Shown here in pieces: positions 56,805 to 64,000 of a DNA stretch of 64,000 bases. How positions within the stretch are numbered: the first letter of the stretch is position 1; each line of letters begins with the position of its first letter. This stretch comes from Alphaproteobacteria bacterium (GTDB lineage Bacteria; Pseudomonadota; Alphaproteobacteria; MPNO01; UBA830): assembly GCA_964291215.2 (NCBI GenBank), contig OZ219791.1:1088001-1152000 (forward strand), given 5' to 3'. The notes under the pieces are model-generated. The model was given only the letters and a program-made list of their open reading frames with translations, did not search any database and was not told the DNA's origin. Both the position numbers and the translations under genes were made by a program.

Positions 56805-57440
56805 ATGACATCCTCGTTGTTTTCAGTTGCACGAAATCTGCTCGCAGTCTCAATCGCTTTGATCATGGGCTTGATGGTCGGGGGTTGCGGCGGTGGCGGT
56901 GGCAGCAGTCCTAGGACTGGCGGTGGATTGGGCGACCTCGGAGACTGGAGTAGGGTGACTGCGGGCAGTAGCATGGTGGGATTTCAACATTCGGAATACG
57001 GATTGATGGCTCGGTTTGACGCAGATGGCTCCAATCCGATGATCACTGCTTCTTCACCAGCCCATCAGCCCACAGTCTCGGGAACCTGGTCGGGGCAATG
57101 GTCTGCTGCGTATTCGGACAACGGTATCTTGGACGGAAGAGATAGCGGCGACGCAAGAATAAACGTGACTATAAGAGGGACCGATGTTTCTGCGATGCTT
57201 ACCTATTCCGGTATAGAGATTGAAGGCATACCCTCCACTTTGTCTTCTGCTCGTACTTCCGTTGCAGACGGCAAATTTGAACCTAGCGTAACCGTGTCCG
57301 TTCCGACCGGATCCGGGGGGCGGGTGTCGAGAACCTTCAGCGGTGTCGGGCAGTTTGGCGGCGCCGAACAGCAGGGCGTCGTGGGGTATGTGTCAGGCCA
57401 GGATTTCCGGTCAGTATTCTACGGTGACCGGACGCCGTGA
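56805..57440 (+). CDS. Putative surface lipoprotein with TbpB-like beta-barrel C-terminus
   Basis: AAAGGTGA RBS; signal peptide with lipobox 'VGGC' and Gly linker; C-terminal 'GQFGG...GVVG...FYG'; lower GC than core genes. Confidence 0.7.
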   Translation: MTSSLFSVARNLLAVSIALIMGLMVGGCGGGGGSSPRTGGGLGDLGDWSRVTAGSSMVGFQHSEYGLMARFDADGSNPMITASSPAHQPTVSGTWSGQWSAAYSDNGILDGRDSGDARINVTIRGTDVSAMLTYSGIEIEGIPSTLSSARTSVADGKFEPSVTVSVPTGSGGRVSRTFSGVGQFGGAEQQGVVGYVSGQDFRSVFYGDRTP

Positions 57441-57565
57441 TACGGGCATAGCTGGTTCCTGTGGGCTTCTCACTATCTGTCAACGGGGTATGAAGCATCC
57501 TTCGTATTCCTCGAACCCACCGGAAGTGTCTTGGTGGGCGCGTTGCAACGGCCTCTACCGGGCAG

Positions 57566-57758
57566 CAGGACTTTCCCACGCTGCATCCGATCTTGCGACT
57601 GCTGATGGAGGGAGGTTGCACAGGTTCAACCTTGTTGGGTTTTCTGGCCGCGGTTCCGTCCACGGGTCGCCGCAGCCGGAAAACCCGGCAAGAATACGGA
57701 GATTTGTGCCTTGTTCAGCGGTCATTCAAAACATCAACCACAGCGTGGGAAAGTCCTG
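57566..57758. mobile_element. MITE family 2 (193 bp), ISAs1-end related
   Basis: Perfect 18-bp TIR CAGGACTTTCCCACGCTG; 8-bp TSD CCGGGCAG; similar to the ISAs1 end at 602-690. Confidence 0.85.
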
Positions 57759-57848
57759 CCGGGCAGACATCGTAAGGCCAACACGCGAACAATCCTCTTC
57801 CGAGCATATCCAGTGTTATGTCAGCAATGATATGCCGTACATTTGGTG

Positions 57849-57912
57849 CTAGACTGTCCGTCCATTCGGGACGGAGACCGGAGTATGAAACGCTACATGG
57901 TAACCTTGGACG
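57849..57912 (+). pseudogene. IS630-like left end and first codons (MKRYMVTLDE), target of IS110 copy C
   Basis: GGAG RBS plus 'MKRYMVTLDE' resembles the IS630 N-terminus 'YxVTLxxxER'. Confidence 0.5.
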
Positions 57913-58097
57913 AGCATCCATGTTTCCAGGCAAGGTTTTTGCGGGTGTCTGCGGTGGTGTTTTCTGTGGTTGTCCACAGGCGGTCTGGGGTACCGCTTCG
58001 CCGATGTCCTCACCCTGCGAGCGAGGCGACATGCAACTTGTAGTCCCGGCGACGGGTTGCCGTCCATTGCTCATGGTAACGTTACCGGTGAGCGTGG

Positions 58098-58938
<841 letters not shown>

Positions 58939-59298
58939 CTAGCGTCGACAAGCGCGACACCAAGAGATCCTCCAGGTTGTTGAGGAAGGCATCCTGAGGA
59001 GCCACAGGCTCAAGATCGCCGACCATCGTGCCGATTCTGGCCAGAGTCGACGTGGTTGGCCCAACGCTTCGGCGAAGCGCCGGGCCCGCCGCCAGCGGGT
59101 TGACCAGGACAACCTCGAAGCCCCGGTCACGAAGACACTGGTAAACCCTGCGATGATAGCGGCCTGTCGCCTCCATCACCACACGGGTCACCTCGAGGCT
59201 GCGAAGCCACGTGCCCGCCAGCTCGTGGCGTCGTTCGCTAAACGACGCGCCAGATGTCCAGACTGGCCTTGCTGACATCAAGCTACTACCTTGACCAT

Positions 59299-59461
59299 CG
59301 TCCCTTGCTCCTCGCCTTATGATGATACGGTTTAAACCCAAGCATCCATTCAAGACGCAAGGGACGCCAAGGGAGGTTGGCCGACCAAGCTCGTCCGCGG
59401 CTCTGTAAGGCGGAAACGGCAACCTCCGCGGGGATCGTTTGATCCCCGCACCCCGCTCCCC
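59299..59461 (-). ncRNA. Candidate IS110 bridge RNA (copy C)
   Basis: Target loop (CCGCCT, GGACGAG) and donor loop (ATGGATGCTT, hairpin GGTTTAAACC, ATAAG), each closed by a stem. Confidence 0.75.
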
Positions 59462-59670
59462 CAGGGTGATTTTACATTAAATTCTGTTTTATTTTTCAAG
59501 GTATTAACTTGGTTTTCGGGAGCACGGGTTGGTGCGGGAGATTTTTTGCAGTTTTCGCTGACTTTCCTGCACTGGAGTTGTCATGGTGCGGGGATGTCGG
59601 TTCACAAGCACATCCCCATCCGGTACTGTAACTTGATGTCTGGAAATTTGTCTGAGGTTTGCGCTTTGAG

Positions 59671-59706
59671 GCGTTTCACCGGGGGGCTAGCCCCCCGGTG
59701 AAACGC
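59671..59706. repeat. Perfect 36-bp palindrome centred on CTAG
   Basis: GCGTTTCACCGGGGGG-CTAG-CCCCCCGGTGAAACGC. Confidence 0.9.
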
Positions 59707-59891
59707 GGCGCCATCGTGCCATCCCATGGAGCTGTAAAAATTCATGGAGGAAGCGAATGGACCTGCGACACACTACGGCGATTGCAAACCTGACAGTGCT
59801 CGGAGTAGGATCTTGCGATGTTGAGTGCCCTTCCTCTTCCGACCCCCGTTGTTCGTCGAGAATCTCCGAGAAACGCCGGAGAACCTGCCCG

Positions 59892-60902
59892 ATGAGCTTT
59901 CCGGCGATGCCGCACGATGCGCTGTTCCGGGCGCTGGTCTCCAAACCTGCCCGCGCTGCCGCGCTGCTCACAGAATACCTGCCGCAAGAAGTGGCCGCCC
60001 TCCTCGACCTCAAGGCCCTGCCTGAGGCAGTCGAAGGCAGCTTCATCGACGAGGACGCCACGCGAACCCAGTGTGATGCGCTGTTCCGGGTCAAGCTGAA
60101 GAGCGGGCACGAGGCGCGCCTCTATGTGCTGCTCGAACATAAGAGCCGGGTCGATGCCGACACACCGTTACAACTCCTGAAATACATGGTCAACATCTGG
60201 CGCCAAGAGATCGAGAATGGCGCTGCCGGGGACAGGTTGCCGACGATCATTCCGCTGGTCTTCTACCACGGCCAGGGTCGCTGGACGGCGGCGCGCTCGG
60301 TGCCGGAGATGATCGACGCGCCTGAGGCGCTGGCACCTTTCGTCAGGGAGTTTGCCTATGTGGTGCACGACCTTGGGGAGATCGCACCACGCCGGCTGTC
60401 GATCTCGCCCGAGGTGCGGGCCGGGCTTCTGGCGCTCAGGGTCGTTCATGCCGAGGAGATACCGCCCGATCTTCTGGACGAGATGACGGGCGGGCCGGTT
60501 GCGGGAAGCGCGTTCGAGCGTCATATTGTGCGTTACATTGCCGAGTGCATGAACCTGACGCCGCCTTTGCTGGAGGCGTCGCTGCGCCGGACGAAACCGG
60601 ATCGCTGGGAGGCACTGATGGGAACGGTCGCGCAAGCCTGGATCGAACAGGGAATCGAACGGGGAATCGAACAGGGGATTGAACGAGGCCGGAGCGAGGG
60701 CCGGGAGGAGGGCCGAGAGGAGGGCCGGCAGACCTTGACGGAACTTCTTCTTCGTCAACTGGCGTTGCGCTTCGGTGATGTGCCGGATACGGTTCGCGAG
60801 CAGGTCCGTGGTGCGTCGGCGGCGGAACTGGAGGTCTGGGCGGAGGCGGTGTTGGTGGCAACCAGCCTTGATGAAGTGCTGGCTGTCAGGCCCGGGCGCT
60901 GA
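59892..60902 (+). CDS. Rpn family (YhgA-like) PD-(D/E)XK nuclease with DUF4351-like C-terminus, copy 1 (336 aa)
   Basis: 'HDALFR', 'SFID', 'DALF', 'YVLLEHKS', 'QLLKYM', 'IPLVFYHG', EQG/EEG repeats, 'RQLALRFG'. Confidence 0.9.
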   Translation: MSFPAMPHDALFRALVSKPARAAALLTEYLPQEVAALLDLKALPEAVEGSFIDEDATRTQCDALFRVKLKSGHEARLYVLLEHKSRVDADTPLQLLKYMVNIWRQEIENGAAGDRLPTIIPLVFYHGQGRWTAARSVPEMIDAPEALAPFVREFAYVVHDLGEIAPRRLSISPEVRAGLLALRVVHAEEIPPDLLDEMTGGPVAGSAFERHIVRYIAECMNLTPPLLEASLRRTKPDRWEALMGTVAQAWIEQGIERGIEQGIERGRSEGREEGREEGRQTLTELLLRQLALRFGDVPDTVREQVRGASAAELEVWAEAVLVATSLDEVLAVRPGR

Positions 60903-61166
60903 ATCGGCGCCGTGTACTTGTGTGACACGCGCGACATGACCATTGACTTTGGCGTCCTGAAGAACGCGGACACCGCAGGCTCCGATCTTGAGGCATGTTG
61001 CTCCGGTTGCGGATCGGCTTCGAATATCGGCCTCGAGTCCCTGACATATGTCATGAATCAGGCGCATTTTACATGGGTGCAATATGAAGCTAGAGAAATC
61101 ATATAAACAAGCTATATCAGTGGATTAACGTGTATATCAGCTCGAATTTTTTGGAACTAAGGATTG

Positions 61167-61256
61167 AGCGAATCGGTCTGTAGTGTCAAGTCTCCACGAA
61201 AACCCGTTCGCTGCTCTGCCCCGACATCAAGCGGGAATCAGGGGGTGAGCAGTTAC
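61167..61256 (-). mobile_element. Solo IS66 left end in the Rpn spacer (repeated at 62724-62813)
   Basis: About 90 bp matching the left terminus of IS66 copies 1-5, ending GGGGTGAGCAGTTAC. Confidence 0.85.
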
Positions 61257-61436
61257 CCCGAACGCTTACTCAGAACTACCGCCCGTCATGACGATTCCGG
61301 CCTGTCCCCGCGACAGGCGTCGGCGATTGCAAACCTGACAGTGCTCGGAGTAGGATCTTGCGATGTTGAGTGCCCTTCCTCTTCCGACCCCCGTTGTTCG
61401 TCGAGAATCTCCGAGAAACGCCGGAGAACCTGCCCG

Positions 61437-62459
61437 ATGAGCTTTCCGGCGATGCCGCACGATGCGCTGTTCCGGGCGCTGGTCTCCAAACCTGCCCGCG
61501 CTGCCGCGCTGCTCACAGAATACCTGCCGCAAGAAGTAGCCGCCCTCCTCGACCTCAAGGCCCTGCCTGAGGCAGTCGAGGGCAGCTTCATCGACGAGGA
61601 CGCCACGCGAACCCAGTGCGATGCGCTGTTCCGGGTCAAGCTGAAGAGCGGGCACGAGGCGCGCCTCTATGTGCTGCTCGAACATAAGAGCCGGGTCGAT
61701 GCCGACACACCGTTACAACTCCTGAAATACATGGTCAACATCTGGCGCCAAGAGATCGAGAATGGCGCTGCCGGGGACAGGTTGCCGACGATCATTCCGC
61801 TGGTCTTCTACCACGGCCAGGGGCGCTGGACGGCGGCGCGCTCGGTGCCGGAGATGATCGACGCGCCTGAGGCGCTGGCACCTTTCGTCAGGGAGTTTGC
61901 CTATGTGGTGCACGACCTTGGGGAGATCGCACCACGCCGGCTGTCGATCTCGCCCGAGGTGCGGGCCGGGCTTCTGGCGCTCAGGGCTGTTCATGCCGAG
62001 GAGATACCGCCCGATCTTCTGGACGAGATGACGGGCGGGCCGGTTGCGGGGAGCGCGTTCGAGCGTCATATTGTGCGTTACATTGCCGAGTGCATGAACC
62101 TGACGCCGCCTTTGCTGGAGGCGTCGCTGCGCCGGACGAAACCGGATCGCTGGGAGGCATTGATGGGAACGGTCGCGCAAGCCTGGATCGAACAGGGAAT
62201 CGAACGGGGAATCGAACAGGGGATTGAACGAGGCCGGAGCGAGGGCCGGGAGGAGGGCCGGGAGGAGGGCCGAGAGGAGGGCCGGCGGACCTTGACGGAA
62301 CTTCTTCTTCGTCAACTGGCGTTGCGCTTCGGTGATGTGCCGGATGCGGTTCGCGAGCAGGTCCGTGGTGCGTCGGCGGCGGAACTGGAGGTCTGGGTGG
62401 AGGCGGTGTTGGTGGCGGCCAGCCTTGATGAAGTGCTGGCTGTCAGGCCCGGACGCTGA
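61437..62459 (+). CDS. Rpn family nuclease, copy 2 (340 aa)
   Basis: As copy 1, with one extra REEG repeat. Confidence 0.9.
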   Translation: MSFPAMPHDALFRALVSKPARAAALLTEYLPQEVAALLDLKALPEAVEGSFIDEDATRTQCDALFRVKLKSGHEARLYVLLEHKSRVDADTPLQLLKYMVNIWRQEIENGAAGDRLPTIIPLVFYHGQGRWTAARSVPEMIDAPEALAPFVREFAYVVHDLGEIAPRRLSISPEVRAGLLALRAVHAEEIPPDLLDEMTGGPVAGSAFERHIVRYIAECMNLTPPLLEASLRRTKPDRWEALMGTVAQAWIEQGIERGIEQGIERGRSEGREEGREEGREEGRRTLTELLLRQLALRFGDVPDAVREQVRGASAAELEVWVEAVLVAASLDEVLAVRPGR

Positions 62460-62993
62460 ATCGGCGCCATGTACTTGTGTGACACGCACGACATGACCAT
62501 TGACTTTGGCGTCCTGAAGAACGCGGACACCGCAGGCTCCGATCTTGAGGCATGTTGCTCCGGTTGCGGGTCGGCTTCGAATATCGGCCTCGAGTCCCTG
62601 ACATATGCCATGAATCAGGCGCATTTTACATGGGTGCAATATGAATCTAGAGAAATCATATAAACAAGCTATATCAGTGGATTAACGTGTATATCAGCTC
62701 GAATTTTTTGGAACTAAGGATTGAGCGAATCGGTCTGTAGTGTCAAGTCTCCACGAAAACCCGTTCGCTGCTCTGCCCCGACATCAAGCGGGAATCAGGG
62801 GGTGAGCAGTTACCCCGAACGCTTACTCAGAACTACCGCCCGTCATGACGATTCCGGCCCGTCCCCGCGACAGGCGTCGGCGATTGCAAACCTGACAGTG
62901 CTCGGAGTAGGATCTTGCGATGTTGAGTGCCCTTCCTCTTCCGATCCCTGCTGTTCGTCGAGAATCTCCGAGAAACGCCGGAGAACCTGCCCG

Positions 62994-63968
62994 ATGAGCT
63001 TTCCGGCGATGCCGCACGATGCGCTGTTCCGGGCGCTGGTCTCCAAACCTGCCCGCGCTGCCGCGCTGCTCACAGAATACCTGCCGCAAGAAGTGGCCGC
63101 CCTCCTCGACCTCAAGGCCCTGCCTGAGGCAGTCGAAGGCAGCTTCATCGACGAGGACGCCACGCGAACCCAGTGTGATGCGCTGTTCCGGGTCAAGCTG
63201 AAGAGCGGGCACGAGGCGCGCCTCTATGTGCTGCTCGAACATAAGAGCCGGGTCGATGCCGACACACCGTTACAACTCCTGAAATACATGGTCAACATCT
63301 GGCGCCAAGAGATCGAGAATGGCGCTGCCGGGGACAGGTTGCCGACGATCATTCCGCTGGTCTTCTACCACGGCCAGGGTCGCTGGACGGCGGCGCGCTC
63401 GGTGCCGGAGATGATCGACGCGCCCGAGGCGCTGGCACCTTTCGTCAGGGAGTTTGCCTATGTGGTGCACGACCTTGGGGAGATCGCACCACGCCGGCTG
63501 TCGGTCTCGCCCGAGGTGCGGGCCGGGCTTCTGGCGCTCAGGGCTGTTTATGCCGAGGAGATACCGCCCGATCTTCTGGACGAGATGACGGGCGGGCCGG
63601 TTGCGGGAAGCGCGTTCGAGCGTCATATTGTGCGTTACATTGCCGAGTGCATGAACCTGACGCCGCCTTTGCTGGAGGCGTCGCTGCGCCGGACGAAACC
63701 GGATTGCTGGGAGGCACTGATGGGAACGGTCGCGCAAGCCTGGATCGAACAGGGAATCGAACGGGGCCGGAGCGAGGGCCGGGAGGAGGGCCGGCGGACC
63801 TTGACGGAACTTCTTCTTCGTCAACTGGCGTTGCGCTTCGGTGATGTGCCGGATGCGGTTCGCGAGCAGGTCCGTGGCGCGTCGGCGGCGGAACTGGAGG
63901 TCTGGGCGGAGGCGGTGCTGATGGCAACCAGCCTTGATGAAGTGCTGGCTGTCAGGCCCGGGCGCTGA
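62994..63968 (+). CDS. Rpn family nuclease, copy 3 (324 aa)
   Basis: As copy 1, with three fewer 4-aa repeats. Confidence 0.9.
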   Translation: MSFPAMPHDALFRALVSKPARAAALLTEYLPQEVAALLDLKALPEAVEGSFIDEDATRTQCDALFRVKLKSGHEARLYVLLEHKSRVDADTPLQLLKYMVNIWRQEIENGAAGDRLPTIIPLVFYHGQGRWTAARSVPEMIDAPEALAPFVREFAYVVHDLGEIAPRRLSVSPEVRAGLLALRAVYAEEIPPDLLDEMTGGPVAGSAFERHIVRYIAECMNLTPPLLEASLRRTKPDCWEALMGTVAQAWIEQGIERGRSEGREEGRRTLTELLLRQLALRFGDVPDAVREQVRGASAAELEVWAEAVLMATSLDEVLAVRPGR

Positions 63969-64000
63969 ATCGGCGCCATGTACTTGCGTGACACGCGCGA

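Larger units (their letters stand above)
59776..64000 (+). repeat. Tandem array of about 1.55-kb units, each with one Rpn gene (at least 3 units, runs off the window)
   Basis: ATG-to-ATG periods of 1545 and 1557 bp; near-identical 534-bp spacers. Confidence 0.95.

Noticed and set aside
60912-61106. 64-aa ORF repeated in the Rpn spacers
   Set aside because: No clear RBS or motif; conservation is explained by the recent duplication
61164-61436. Long N-terminal extensions of the Rpn ORFs
   Set aside because: They cross the IS66 end and differ in copy 1; Rpn similarity starts at MSFPAMPHDALF
59776-64000. CRISPR array or DGR interpretation of the repeats
   Set aside because: Units are whole-gene duplications without short repeat-spacer structure; differences are not adenine-specific and no intact RT is nearby

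Overview
GC-rich alphaproteobacterial chromosome segment, possibly from a host-associated lineage given the heavy IS load (inference). Two intact gene blocks are present. The first (8.0-13.9 kb) holds FIST, tesA, ybbA/ybbP and a Bax inhibitor-1 gene. The second (22.2-47.8 kb) holds two Rieske oxygenases, GFA, a maleate-isomerase-like gene, a TPP enzyme, mutM-ubiE-ubiB, a VOC dioxygenase, a three-subunit Mo-hydroxylase, rsmB-rpe-heparinase II/III-purH, an MFS transporter and SAM-II riboswitch-metH. Around them lie graveyards of nested, microdeletion-riddled mobile elements: IS66 with DNA-methylase cargo, DUF4338-ISAs1, IS4, IS630, IS110, a group II intron and MITEs. The best finding is three copies of an IS110 element with a CT core, a predicted circle-junction promoter and a readable bridge-RNA fold. 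Its target-guide bases differ between copies and match each copy's own insertion site, and every copy sits in another transposase gene. The window ends in a tandem array of at least three Rpn nuclease genes with internal-start antitoxin modules of variable repeat length. All calls come from reading the sequence and recalled motifs; no database searches were run.
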